DNA of 63,927 nt, filler included, from Welwitschia mirabilis (Eukaryota), in NCBI GenBank assembly GCA_051453625.1. It is 8 parts of one record of this genome, joined end to end, with 100 filler letters (N's around TTAATTAATTAA, not from the genome) between each part and the next. Parts side by side here need not be neighbours in the genome. Positions count along the whole stretch, not along the records: positions 14,449 to 29,773 come from JBOZIK010000001.1; positions 29,874 to 37,584 come from JBOZIK010000001.1; positions 37,685 to 49,899 come from JBOZIK010000001.1; 5 more parts are not named here. One strand, given 5' to 3'. Under the pieces are notes generated by a model. The model was not told the origin of the DNA. It searched no databases and saw only the letters and a program-made list of their open reading frames with translations. Position 1 is the stretch's first letter. Each line of letters starts with the position of its first letter. The translations under genes were made by a program, and so were the position numbers. Shown here in pieces: positions 24,658-38,240 of this stretch.

Positions 24658-25129
24658 TTTTGGCACTAAGAGGAGGGTCACTCTAAAGTCAACTAGTAAA
24701 GATGATAAAAACTATAATCCAACAAGATAATCAAGGAAAATGATGAGAGGAAAGAGGTAGGTATGTTAAAAACCCGCATAAATATGGTCTAGATAAGAAA
24801 ACTAGAAATAATGTTAAAATAGAGATGGAAGAAGAAGATTTTACGGAGGATGAATTTACCCTTTGAAATATGGTAAAAAAACAAATCTTTCTTAAATTGA
24901 TGATTGAATTTGAGCATGACTATAGAAAGTTCTTGCAGTACCTCATTTACAAGGAGAATCTTCTCTAATAGTTCAGGTAAAAAGGCTTGAAAATAAAGTT
25001 GTAACAGGATGTTATTGGGAAGATTATGTAGATTTAAAACCATTAAATCATGATATCAATTAATTAGAAGATTTAAGTCCTATTAATCCTACAACCTTAT
25101 AGCAACCAAACAAAGTAAAAAAATATAAA

Positions 25130-28100
25130 TACTACCACAATACCCACTTTTAAAGGTAAAAAGTCAAAATAACCCCTCTTACATCTAAGCTTGTTTGTTG
25201 CCTTTTGTAAAGCCAACTATCTTGAATTAGAATCAGAATTTCGAAGATATTTTCCTTTTTCCCTAAAAGGAGACACTTAACTATGGTATCATAGGAATCG
25301 TAATCATGCCTTTAGTTCATGGGGAACTCTTAAAAATTCTTTCTTAGCCAAATTTCAACCCATGAGGATGGTTAAAAATCTAAGGGAACAAATCTTAAAC
25401 ATTAAACAAAGAGATAATGAAAGATTTGATGAGTTCATGGGTAGGTATAACACATTATTAGCTAAATGTCCTAATCATAGATTCATATCTAGGAAACAAA
25501 TCAAGTCCTTACTTAGGGGGAAGCAGAGTCAAACATTAAAAAATTAGACTTTTGATGTAGGGGAAACATCAAGACAAAGAATGTCCAAGAAGTGGGAGCA
25601 GTCATAGCTCAGTTCTATAACATGAGTTAAGGATGGGGATAAAAAGATGAAAAGAAGAAAAATATAAACGAAGTATCTATGTACCCTAGAAGCAGATGGT
25701 AATGTGTATAGGTCAANNNNNNNNNNNNNNNNNNNNNNNNNNNNNNNNNNNNNNNNNNNNNNNNNNNNNNNNNNNNNNNNNNNNNNNNNNNNNNNNNNNN
25801 NNNNNNNNNNNNNNNNNNNNNNNNNNNNNNNNNNNNNNNNNNNNNNNNNNNNNNNNNNNNNNNTCCTTGGATGTAAGAATTTGTTCAATGGCTAGATATA
25901 AATAGATTAGATTTAAATTCTGAAAATCAACCTCAAACTAAAAAGAAATCATATCCTTGCTAAAACAGAAAATAGAAAGGTAAATTAGAAAAGCCTTTAC
26001 AAAGGTATGTAAATTCAAAAAGGTAAGAACAATATGATTACTATAGAAATTAGAAAACCAGAGTTTCAAAGGACCAAAGAGAAAAATTAGAAATGGAGAA
26101 AAAAGAAGGCAAAATCCCTGCTCAACCTCAATTGAATCCTTAAGAAGTAACAAGTAAGGCAGTAACTACTAGATCTGGAAAACAGAGAGGGGAAAGTGAT
26201 GTATGAATCATAAAGAAAGAATATAAATTCAAGTAACTCCCCAAATAAAGAAGAAAAAAGCAAGAAGGAAAAACAATGGATGATGCCTTAGTAGATTCTT
26301 TACCTTTTTCGATGATAAGTAAACAAATAGAAAATCCAAAAGTTAAAAAGGATATAGAATATTTAATGAAGATATTAAAAGACATAAAAATATCATTACC
26401 TCTTTTAAAGTTATTAACAGATGTGCTTATGTATTGAAAGCAAATGAAGACCATGTATTCAAAACAGAAGAGTAAAAAATAAAGTAAGAATAAAAACCAA
26501 ATTGAAATGATAAGGAAGGATCAATTTTCTTAGGATTCCATGCAAGTTCTTTAAACTAAACAACATGAAAAGTATAGTGATTTTGGAACACATATGATAG
26601 ATGTAAACATTAATGGGAAACTCAGAATAGAAGTACTTGTGGATCTTGGAGTAAGTATCAATGTTATGACCTATGAAACTTATGAAGAATTATGAAAATG
26701 AAAACTAATACCTTACCAAGGAAAAGTTTACTTAGCATAGGGCTTAACAGTTATGCTAGAAGGAGTTCTAAAAGATATATCCATCAAACTTTAAGGTTTT
26801 ATATACTTGATAGATTCATTGGTGATGAAGACTCAAGGAGAAACCCATGCATTAATTCTAAGAAGATTATGGATGGCTACTCCAGACACCACTATTTATT
26901 CTAGAAAAGTAATGGAAATCAGTCTAAGAGATCTTAAAAAAAGAGATCAAAATTTCTAGTATAGTAGTTATTGAATAAATGGTATAGAACACAGAAGCAA
27001 TAATCAATGCAATTCTAACACAGCAAGTTAATATGATGGTAAATAAACAAAATGAGGAAAAATATGAAAGTAATATCTGACATCTCAATAGATAGAAAAG
27101 CCTTTACTTAAGAAAGGACTAGAGAGTATCAAAGTATCTTCTAACAGACCTCTAATCATAAATAGTTATTTAACTCATTCACAGAAAAGAAAACTTAAAA
27201 GGATGTAAATTCAAAGGAAAGGAGCCTTTGCTTGGGATCATATAGATATTAAGAAAATAAATCCAAAAATATGTCAACATAAAATCTATTTAGATACTTC
27301 TATCAAATAAAGCCGACAATTAGAAAGAAGATATAAGCCACACATGCAAGAGATAATTAAATAAGAGATTTTAAAACTCTTAGATGTAGGATTCATCTAT
27401 CCTATATCTTATTTAGAATGGGTTAGTCCTATGATGATTGCGTCAAGGAAAGGAAATAAATAGAGAGTATGTATAGACTTCAGAATGTTAAATATTACAA
27501 CTTATAAAGATCATTTTCCTCTTCGGTTTATAGATCAAGTTTTAGAAAGAGTATCCAGACATCAATACTATAGCTTTCTGGATGGATATAGTGGCTATAA
27601 CTAGGTCCTTATAGCTTTATATAAGCAAGCTAAAATAACTTTCACTTGTCATTAAGCTACTTATGCTTATAAAGTACACCATTTGGACTAAGTAATGCTC
27701 CTGCTACTTTTCAAAGATTAGTAAATAGAATTTTTCAAGACATGATAGGAAGGTCATTGGAAGTATTTATGGATTATTTCTCAACATTTGGAAATGAATT
27801 TAAAGAGTTACTTTATAGACTGGAAAAAGTTTTAGGAATATGTGAAGAAAAATGCCTTAGACTTAGCTAGTTAAAAAGTCATCTTATGATGACAAAAGGC
27901 ATAGTGCTAAGNNNNNNNNNNNNNNNNNNNNNNNNNNNNNNNNNNNNNNNNNNNNNNNNNNNNNNNNNNNNNNNNNNNNNNNNNNNNNNNNNNNNNNNNN
28001 NNNNNNNNNNNNNNNNNNNNNNNNNNNNNNNNNNNNNNNNNNNNNNNNNNNNNNNNNNNNNNNNNNNNNNNNNNNNNNNNNNNNNNNNNNNNNNNNNNNN

Positions 28101-29773
28101 NNNNNNNNNNNNNNNNNNNNNNNNNNNNNNNNNNNNNNNNNNNNNNNNNNNNNNNNNNNNNNNNNNNNNNNNNNNNNNNNNNNNNNNNNNNNNNNNNNNN
28201 NNNNNNNNNNNNNNNNNNNNNNNNNNNNNNNNNNNNNNNNATAGTAACAAAAAAAGAGTTGTTGGCAATGGTAATGGCATTAGAAAAATTCAAGTAGTAT
28301 ATTTTTTGTTATGAAGTGAATTTTTATACTAACCATAGTGCCATTAGATTTTTGATGAATAAGAAAAAAGAAAACTTGAGAATTATTAGATGGATACTAT
28401 TAATGCAAGAATTTCATCTAAAATTATTAACAAAAAAAGAACAGAGAATGTGGTAGCACGTCACCTCTCAAGGTTAGAATTTCCAGATAAAGAACAGATC
28501 AACATAAGAGATGAGTTTTCAGATGAACATCTTTTTGAGGTAACAACAAATCCATGGTATATTGATATAGCAAACTTTCTTGTGAGCAAAATATTACCAT
28601 CTTTATGACTTACTATAGAAGGGAAAAATTGCTAATAAATCCTAGAGATTATATTTGGCATGATAAGATGTTATTTAGTGAATGCAAAGATCATGTTATC
28701 CAAAGATGCATAGAAGAAATCCTATAAAATAACATATTAAATGAAGCTCATGAAGGAAAAGGAGGAGGACATTATGCTGCAAAAAGAACAGTAGTGGAAA
28801 TTCTCTAAATGGGATACTATTGGCCCATTACATGTAAGGATTCAAACGTTTATATTTAAGATTGTGATAAATATTAAAGAGAAGGCGCATTTAGCCAAAA
28901 GTTAGAAATTCCACAACAATGGATTTAGATAATTGAATTCTTTGATGTTTGAAAATAGATTTTATTATACCTATAAATCCCTTATCCTTTAGAAAAAGAT
29001 ATATTTTAGTGTATGTTAATTATTTCACTAAATGGGCTAAGGTTGAGGCTGTAACTAATTATTCTTCCCAAACCATAGTTAACTTTTTTCTTAGAAATAT
29101 TACCTATCAGCTTGGAGCCTCTCAAAGTCTTATATCTAATAGAGGAACTCATTTCACTAGTGAAGTCTTTGAGAGACTCTTAACCAAGTTCGAAATACAC
29201 CACAAACTATGTATTGTCTATTACCCTCAATACAATAATCAAGTTGAAGCAACTAATAGAGAACAAAATAGAATATTAACAAAAGTCATAAATAACAAGA
29301 CCAGGCTAATAAATTAAATGAAGCTCTATGGGCTTATAGAATAACTTGGAAACATACCACAGGATTTACTCCATATGAATTATTCTATAAAAAAAGGCCT
29401 ATTTTGCTAATTGAATTTAGAATNNNNNNNNNNNNNNNNNNNNNNNNNNNNNNNNNNNNTTTAGATACAGCTAAAAAAAAAGGGATACAAAACATAAGTA
29501 TTTTATATGAAAATAGAAAAGAATCTCTTCTGTGTAAAGAACTTATACAATAGAAAACTAAATTATATTATATTAATAAAATTAGAAAAATAAATTTTGA
29601 TGTGGAAGATTCTATATTAATTTATGACCCTAAGAAAATCCATTCAAAACAAAAATATGAACAAAACTAACTGGGACCCTATACCATGATAAAAATTCTA
29701 GAAAATGGAGCCATAGAAATATATAATCCTAATGAAAAAGTAACCTACCAAGTTAACAAGTAAAGGGCAAGAA
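25130..29773 (+). pseudogene. pol: Athila-like (non-chromovirus, no aRH seen) gag-pol, decayed
   Basis: FPFSLKGD..W..SW..LKNSFLAKF; VLVDLGVSINVM; KLLDVGFIYPISYLEWVSP; KDHFPLRFIDQVLERVS..YYSFLDGYSGYN; VFMDYFSTFG; RWILLMQEF; ENVVARHLSRL; GGGHYAAKRT; VNYFTKWAKV; QVEATNRE; ALWAYR. Confidence 0.9.
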
Positions 29774-30120
29774 NNNNNNNNNNNNNNNNNNNNNNNNNNN
29801 NNNNNNNNNNNNNNNNNTTAATTAATTAANNNNNNNNNNNNNNNNNNNNNNNNNNNNNNNNNNNNNNNNNNNNAAAAGTATAAAATCATATATAACATGA
29901 CGATTTCAAAACATAATGCATAAGAAAGGACCATTAAGGAAGCAAGAAGGTAAGGAACCATACCGATTTTCAAGAAGAACTTAAGATCTTTGCTAGTCTT
30001 CAAGGCTTTTCCGGCTCCAAGACTTGGTAGCAAAAGGTTCTCCAAAATGAAAGTGAGGCAAAAGGAGAAGGAGAGTCCTATTTATAATCGAGATTTAGTG
30101 GAATGCGAAGAGTCACAAGA

Positions 30121-30206
30121 ATATGAGGACAAACGAAAGTTGGCAAAGATTCCTTGCATATGAAGACAAACGAAAGTTAGCAAAATTCCTCGCATATGAA
30201 GACAAA
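30121..30206 (+). repeat. ~37-bp tandem repeat (about 2.3 copies) in an LTR-like fragment
   Basis: ATATGA(G/A)GACAAACGAAAGTT(G/A)GCAAA...ATTCCT(T/C)GC repeated. Confidence 0.8.
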
Positions 30207-30504
30207 ATATCATGAATGAGGGCGGTTAAGAGAGGGGTTACATAACGTTTCAAAAATGATTGCCTGGCCACTGGGTGCTTTTAATAATATAATCAAGANN
30301 NNNNNNNNNNNNNNNNNNNNNNNNNNNNNNNNNNNNNNNNNNNNNNNNNNNNNNNNNNNNNNNNNNNNNNNNNNNNNNNNNNNNNNNNNNNNNNNNNNNN
30401 NNNNNNNNNNNNNNNNNNNNNNNNNNNNNNNNNNNNNNNNNNNNNNNNNNNNNNNNNNNNNNNNNNNNNNNNNNNNNNNNNNNNNNNNNNNNNNNNNNNN
30501 NNNN

Positions 30505-31490
30505 ACAACAATTGGGGTTTCAAGTAATTCAATATTTTCCAAATATTTCATTAAACATAAACCTGCAAATTTTATAAGAAAGGCAAAAATGTGGATGTGA
30601 CATAAAATGAGCCATTTTACTAAATCTCTTGGGTTCTTGGCCCTTCTAGCACAAAGTCCATGCTAATATTTTCCCATGGCTAATTTAAAATGGGTCAAAG
30701 CATGTATAACCTAGGATTTGTCCTCCTCTTTTGCTCGTTGACATGTTTGAGTGAATTTCTGAACTTGTCCTCTCATCTTTGGCCAAAAATAGGATCTTTG
30801 AAGAAGTCCTAAAGGGTGCCACACCCCATGAGGCTTTTCTTGAATTAGATTAAGCCTCATTGACCCTTGACACACACAATCTTCTTCTTTGAAGACAAGT
30901 CCTTCTTGCATTGGTATCCTTGCAAAAGTTTTGCATTTGCCTCCATTGGATTTTATAATCCTTGCCAAACATTTTCAAAAATCTTCACCATCTTTATATA
31001 CATCAGGCAAATGATCAAAATCAAATACCTTTACTTGATCAAGAGTTGTGAAGCACTGTTGTCTTGATGAGGAATTAGCCACTTGACTAGATGTGCCCTT
31101 CTTATGCATAATTACAAAATTGCATTCTTGAAGCTTTTCTGCCCATTTTGGAGAATTGCATGAAGTTCTTTCTCATACATGGACTATTTTACCTTGGCTT
31201 AATTTGATTTTTCACTAAAGAATGCTACTGGTTCTCCTTCTTGACTTCATATTCCTCCAATGGCAAAATTGCTTGTATCACACACTACTCAAAACATCTT
31301 GGAAAAATCAGGAAACACTAAAATTGGTTCATACGCTATGCTTGTCTTCATTTGGTTGAAAGCATGATTTGCTGCCTTTGTCCACTTGAAAACCCTTACT
31401 TCTTGATTGTCTCCATCATGGAGGCACTAATTTTGGAAAAGCCTTTGATGAATCTCCTATAAAAACTTGCCAAAACACGAAAACTTTGTA
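30505..31490 (-). pseudogene. pol: CRM-like RT end, RNase H and integrase N-terminus fragment
   Basis: LASFYRRFIKGFSKISASM; VFPDFSKMF*VVCDTSNFAIGG; PVAFFSEK; CQGSMRLNLIQEK; YFWPKMRGQVQKF..TCQRAK. Confidence 0.85.
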
Positions 31491-32369
31491 GGTCACAACT
31501 ACCAAGACCTATAATGTAGGGGTAACCCAAAACCCACAGAAACCCCAAATACACTATCACAAAATTAAATTTCTGAAAATGGCATGACTTTAGATATCAT
31601 TGAAGGCATGTGTAACAATGTTTTCAGATTTTGAAAGAGACGTTTCAATCTTGAGGTTTTTCACAATTATCACGATAAATTACTGTCAATCAATTGCTAT
31701 TGATAAAATCCCTTTTAGAAGCTATGAATTCTCAAAACTGTCTCATGAAAAATTCTTATTCCAAGCTCGTGTTACTCTAGTGGAGTATGGCTGTAAAAAC
31801 ATCAGGTTTCTTATATTTTCTCATACACTAAAATTGTACTATTCAATTTAGAGACTCAAAATGATATGCACTAAATCNNNNNNNNNNNNNNNNNNNNNNN
31901 NNNNNNNNNNNNNNNNNNNNNNNNNNNNNNNNNNNNNNNNNNNNNNNNNNNNNNNNNNNNNNNNNNNNNNNNNNNNNNNNNNNNNNNNNNNNNNNNNNNN
32001 NNNNNNNNNNNNNNNNNNNNNNNNNNNNNNNNNNNNNNNNNNNNNNNNNNNNNNNNNNNNNNNNNNNNNNNNNNNNNNNNNNNNNNNNNNNNNNNNNNNN
32101 NNNNNNNNNNNNNNNNNNNNNNNNNNNNNNNNNNNNNNNNNNNNNNNNNNNNNNNNNNNNNNNNNNNNNNNNNNNNNNNNNNNNNNNNNNNNNNNNNNNN
32201 NNNNNNNNNNNNNNNNNNNNNNNNNNNNNNNNNNNNNNNNNNNNNNNNNNNNNNNNNNNNNNNNNNNNNNNNNNNNNNNNNNNNNNNNNNNNNNNNNNNN
32301 NNCTCCCACACTATATGCAATTTAAATAAATGTCCCCCTCCTTATATAAACAAAAATCAATAACTTTTG

Positions 32370-32578
32370 GGCATACAAAATGGAATAAAGATAAGCACAA
32401 AAAAAGGAGAAAAATATGGCATTCAAATCAGATCAAAACTGATTTCCAACCTGCCTTATCGAGGCATACAAAATGGAATGAGGATAAGGACAAAAGGATG
32501 AGAAAAATATGGCATTCAAATCAAATCAAAACTAATTTTCAACCTGCCTTATCAGGGCATACAAAATGGAGTGACAAT
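32370..32578 (+). repeat. 93-bp tandem repeat (2.2+ copies, runs into a gap)
   Basis: GGCATACAAAATGG starts at 32370, 32463 and 32556. Confidence 0.9.
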
Positions 32579-32708
32579 NNNNNNNNNNNNNNNNNNNNNN
32601 NNNNNNNNNNNNNNNNNNNNNNNNNNNNNNNNNNNNNNNNNNNNNNNNNNNNNNNNNNNNNNNNNNNNNNNNNNNNNNNNNNNNNNNNNNNNNNNNNNNN
32701 NNNNNNNN

Positions 32709-32987
32709 ATATTCTTGTCAGAGTCATAAAACAAGCCATATTGTAAAATGCCTTTTACATACTTCAATATTCTTTTTACTGCCATTAGATGGGGATACTT
32801 AGCCTGATTCATAAACCTAGATAGGAAGCTTACAGAATATTAAATATCTAGACGAGTAGCTGTTAAATACATAAGACTGCCAATCATGGAGCAATAAAGA
32901 TGTTCACCAACTAAATCACCCTCCATTTCTTTGGGCAATTTTTCGTTTGTGCCCATAGGGGTAGAAATGGATTTATATTCATGCATT
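32709..32987 (-). pseudogene. Ty1/copia reverse transcriptase C-terminal fragment
   Basis: [46 protein letters not shown]. Confidence 0.9.
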
Positions 32988-33538
32988 NNNNNNNNNNNNN
33001 NNNNNNNNNNNNNNNNNNNNNNNNNNNNNNNNNNNNNNNNNNNNNNNNNNNNNNNNNNNNNNNNNNNNNNNNNNNNNNNNNNNNNNNNNNNNNNNNNNNN
33101 NNNNNNNNNNNNNNNNNNNNNNNNNNNNNNNNNNNNNNNNNNNNNNNNNNNNNNNNNNNNNNNNNNNNNNNNNNNNNNNNNNNNNNNNNNNNNNNNNNNN
33201 NNNNNNNNNNNNNNNNNNNNNNNNNNNNNNNNNNNNNNNNNNNNNNNNNNNNNNNNNNNNNNNNNNNNNNNNNNNNNNNNNNNNNNNNNNNNNNNNNNNN
33301 NNNNNNNNNNNNNNNNNNNNNNNNNNNNNNNNNNNNNNNNNNNNNNNNNNNNNNNNNNNNNNNNNNNNNNNNNNNNNNNNNNNNNNNNNNNNNNNNNNNN
33401 NNNNNNNNNNNNNNNNNNNNNNNNNNNNNNNNNNNNNNNNNNNNNNNNNNNNNNNNNNNNNNNNNNNNNNNNNNNNNNNNNNNNNNNNNNNNNNNNNNNN
33501 NNNNNNNNNNNNNNNNNNNNNNNNNNNNNNNNNNNNNN

Positions 33539-36500
33539 GCTGCCAATTGAAGGTTATTTGATGGGGTTTTATGAGTTGTTTTGCAGGATTTAATACAGGT
33601 TATGTGCAATTCTAAAGATTTTGGAGATACAGAAGGAAATCTCGAAAATGTACGATTATTATCCAAATTTGATGTATTAAATGCACTTTCTGATGCACAG
33701 ATTTTGAAGAAGGATTAATGACAACAATGTTAAGTTCTCTTCAAAGAAATAATCAAAGAAGAATGTTGTCCCCTCTGTCGTCCAGACAACAAATAGGACG
33801 ATGACTGCTGATATGGACCACTGAATCACCGATGAGTCATCAATCTAAGTCATAGTTTATAATGTGNNNNNNNNNNNNNNNNNNNNNNNNNNNNNNNNNN
33901 NNNNNNNNNNNNNNNNNNNNNNNNNNNNNNNNNNNNNNNNNNNNNNNNNNNNNNNNNNNNNNNNNNNNNNNNNNNNNNNNNNNNNNNNNNNNNNNNNNNN
34001 NNNNNNNNNNNNNNNNNNNNNNNNNNNNNNNNNNNNNNNNNNNNNNNNNNNNNNNNNNNNNNNNNNNNNNNNNNNNNNNNNNNNNNNNNNNNNNNNNNNN
34101 NNNNNNNNNNNNNNNNNNNNNNNNNNNNNNNNNNNNNNNNNNGTTTTGTAACCAAGATGCATGTTACTCTTTCTTAATATAAATCTTGTTTTGTTTTCAT
34201 ATTTGCATGTTAGTTTATTTGAGGACCCTTATAGTCTATGTTGCCCTTGATCTGATGACAACTTCTTGGGTGATATAGATTATCGAGGGCAGCCTTTGTT
34301 AAGGCTAAAAGCAAGTAGAGCTAGTTCCATTTTGCATGTGCATTTAGAATAGTTGCATCTTGCATTTGCATTGTACCTTTTATTTCTTGCATTATTCTTT
34401 ATTTCTGACTCCTTTATTCTTTACAAAGCAACCTAAGTCTCATACTCATAGACTTCAACGTGAATACGACATTTCGAGTCTACTCTCACTCATACTAGTG
34501 TGGTGTATTGTGTAAGATATCTATTTTGGTTATAAATGACAGGATCTCTTTGAATGTAAAAACTTGCAAAAATACACACGGCAACATTTTGACGTCATTG
34601 CCGGGGAAGGCTATTGAGGAGTACAAGGGTTGTCGTCCTTCAGATGAGTATATCGGACCTCTGTTCAGTTATCTGTCTGTGCGACGTTGTATTTTATTAG
34701 GAGTTGTAGGTTTTCTGTGTGCAGTTTTTCAGTTTTGGTTTTTCAGACTCAGTTTTCTGTAGAAAAAGAGTGATCGTCCCCTCTGCCATCCCCACAATAG
34801 TCAGGACGATAGTGTGCTATTTTTACTTTCAGTTTTATTTTTAGATTGCAATTTCTCTGAAATAAATTAGTTTTTGTCGTCTCTTGTGACGTCCGGACGA
34901 CCAGGAGGACAACAGTCCTTTTTTCTGCTTTCTGTTTTGGTTCCTGTTCCGTTTCTATTTTTCTGGTTTCTGTGTGTGTCGTCCCTTCTGTCGTCCCCAC
35001 AACAGACAGGACGACGGTCTGTTATTTTTTATCTGTTTTCTGTTGTTTGCTGTTTGCAGGATGCTGTCATATGGTCAACATAGAGAAGAGATATCAAACA
35101 GAAAAAGCTCCTAATAGAAAAGAACATCAAAGAAGGACTGGTGGATATAAAAAACAAATTAAAAAAGCGATCCCCAGGTGCACTCAAACCTCCTTCCGAA
35201 TTTATTTTTTCTGTGTTAGATTTTCTTAACGAAAACCCTATAGAAGGAGAGAGCCAATTTACAATGTCAAGTGCCTCCCGTAAGCAAAAACAAGTCGTAC
35301 GATCTTCTACCCCTAATGTAAACCTAACACTGAGGGAATTGTTAACCAACAAGAAATGAGAGATTCCAACCCCTTTTGATCTACCCCCAAGAGATGATGT
35401 NNNNNNNNNNNNNNNNNNNNNNNNNNNNNNNNNNNNNNNNNNNNNNNNNNNNNNNNNNNNNNNNNNNNNNNNNNNNNNNNNNNNNNNNNNNNNNNNNNNN
35501 NNNNNNNNNNNNNNNNNNNNNNNNNNNNNNNNNNNNNNNNNNNNNNNNNNNNNNNNNNNNNNNNNNNNNNNNNNNNNNNNNNNNNNNNNNNNNNNNNNNN
35601 NNNNNNNNNNNNNNNNNNNNNNNNNNNNNNNNNNNNNNNNNNNNNNNNNNNNNNNNNNNNNNNNNNNNNNNNNNNNNNNNNNNNNNNNNNNNNNNNNNNN
35701 NNNNNNNNNNNNNNNNNNNNNNNNNNNNNNNNNNNNNNNNNNNNNNNNNNNNNNNNNNNNNNNNNNNNNNNNNNNNNNNNNNNNNNNNNNNNNNNNNNNN
35801 NNNNNNNNNNNNNNNNNNNNNNNNNNNNNNNNNNNNNNNNNNNNNNNNNNNNNNNNNNNNNNNNNNNNNNNNNNNNNNNNNNNNNNNNNNNNNNNNNNNN
35901 NNNNNNNNNNNNNNNNNNNNNNNNNNNNNNNNNNNNNNNNNNNNNNNNNNNNNNNNNNNNNNNNNNNNNNNNNNNNNNNNNNNNNNNNNNNNNNNNNNNN
36001 NNNNNNNNNNNNNNNNNNNNNNNNNNNNNNNNNNNNNNNNNNNNNNNNNNNNNNNNNNNNNNNNNNNNNNNNNNNNNNNNNNNNNNNNNNNNNNNNNNNN
36101 NNNNNNNNNNNNNNNNNNNNNNNNNNNNNNNNNNNNNNNNNNNNNNNNNNNNNNNNNNNNNNNNNNNNNNNNNNNNNNNNNNNNNNNNNNNNNNNNNNNN
36201 NNNNNNNNNNNNNNNNNNNNNNNNNNNNNNNNNNNNNNNNNNNNNNNNNNNNNNNNNNNNTGAACAACTTACAAACCTTATAGATGAACTTTGAAGAACA
36301 AATGCCAACATATAAAACATGGTAAACATCGTTCAACAAACAATATTGGCAAACCAAAGACCTCAAGGAACTTTAGCAACACAACCTTTACCAAACCCAA
36401 ATGGATTAAGAAAAGATTGTAAGGTTGTGACAAGAAGTGGACAACAAACAAACCCTCCTCCATGTGAACCTTCCACCTTCCAAAATAACTTTAGAAAATG

Positions 36501-37584
36501 AAGAAGAAGAGGAAGAGGGCATTGAAATAGTAGAAAATTACAACCACCCCTTGGATGGATAGGCTTAACAACAATTCAACTTTCAAAGATCGTTTAAAAG
36601 CCTTGCTGAAAAATGTGAGCATAAACTTACTCTTTTGGGAAGTTTTACAAGAAAACCAAAGGTATTCAAAATTATGGAAAGACCTAATAAGAAGAAAACA
36701 TAAACGACTTATCCATAGCAAAGTCTTTCTTGTCCAATCCCTCATGAATTTAGTGTTACAAAAATCACCTACATTTAAAGATCCAGGAGCANNNNNNNNN
36801 NNNNNNNNNNNNNNNNNNNNNNNNNNNNNNNNNNNNNNNNNNNNNNNNNNNNNNNNNNNNNNNNNNNNNNNNNNNNNNNNNNNNNNNNNNNTTAGTTTTA
36901 CAAAAATCACCTACATTTAAAGATCCAGTAGCAGCTACAATGAATGTTACTGTAAAGGGAAACAAGAAGATCAGAAAAGCTTTAACAAACATTGGGGCGA
37001 GTGTTAACATTATGCCACTTCACATTTGTAAGAGACTTGGTTTGGAGGACAGAATAGAGCCTACTTCGGTTGTCTTAGAATTAGCAGATATATCTGTTAA
37101 GAAACCGTCAGGCATCATTAAAGATTTGGCAATTCAAATTGAAGAGGCTTGCTACCCCATGGATGTGATCATCATAGAAGTTGAGCATAACACAGGATAC
37201 CCTTTACTTCTAAGTAGAGCCTTTTGTGNNNNNNNNNNNNNNNNNNNNNNNNNNNNNNNNNNNNNNNNNNNNNNNNNNNNNNNNNNNNNNNNNNNNNNNN
37301 NNNNNNNNNNNNNNNNNNNNNNNNNNNNCATCATAGAAGTTGAGCATAACACAGGATACCCTTTACTTCTAAGTAGAGCCTTTTGTGCAACCGCCCACTG
37401 CATCATTGATACAAGAGTAGGAACAATGAAATGTCGCTTTGGAAATAGAACATTTACCATTAGAGTCTTTGATGTAGCTGAGAAAGATTTAGGTGATGAA
37501 ATAGACTTTGAAAATAACATCAAACCCACTTTATTTTTACAGCATCACCCACTTGAAGAAAGAGAGATGAAATCAAATGAGCAT
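33539..37584 (+). mobile_element. Athila-like element, copy A: LTR (to 34586), Asp-type PBS (34590-34607), leader, gag, protease; truncated by scaffold end
   Basis: ...GGCAACA-TTT-TGACGTCATTGCCGGGGA; RPQGTLATQPLPNP; KDPVAA..KALTNIGASVNIMPLHICKRLGL..LELADISVKKPSGIIKD; homologous to 57651-61995 (minus). Confidence 0.88.
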
Positions 37585-38240
37585 NNNNNNNNNNNNNNNN
37601 NNNNNNNNNNNNNNNNNNNNNNNNNNNNTTAATTAATTAANNNNNNNNNNNNNNNNNNNNNNNNNNNNNNNNNNNNNNNNNNNNAGATCAAAACTGATTT
37701 TTACAAGAGCAATCTGTTAACTAAACTTGTGACCGACAATGGCATGTTACAAAGTTAAAATGAAGCTCTCAAAGCATCCTACAGAGTGGGCCAATCAAGA
37801 ATGGCCTTTACTTAGCTTTTATCCATTCTTAATCCATCTTTGATTACCACCACACTAAGGAAAATAGGCTCCCTCTTAGCAAAATTGCACTTTTTCTTTT
37901 CCACAAGTGACGTTTTGATACCCTTAACTTAGTTAACACCTTTCCAAGGTGTGATACATGTTCTTGAAGATACTTCATAAAACCAAAATATCATCTAAGT
38001 ATACAACAACAAATTTGCAAAGGAATTCTTTTAATACCTCATTCATCATTCTCATGAAGATAGTTGGAGTGATTGAAAGTCTTAATGGCATCACTAGTCC
38101 TTTATATAACCCATTCAGGGTCTTAAAAGTCGTCTTTCGTTCATTACCTTCCCTGCTTCTAATTTGACAGTATCCACTCTTGAAGTTTATCTTGCCAGAA
38201 ATAAAAGCTCTTGCTAAACTATCTAGAGTATCATTTGTCA

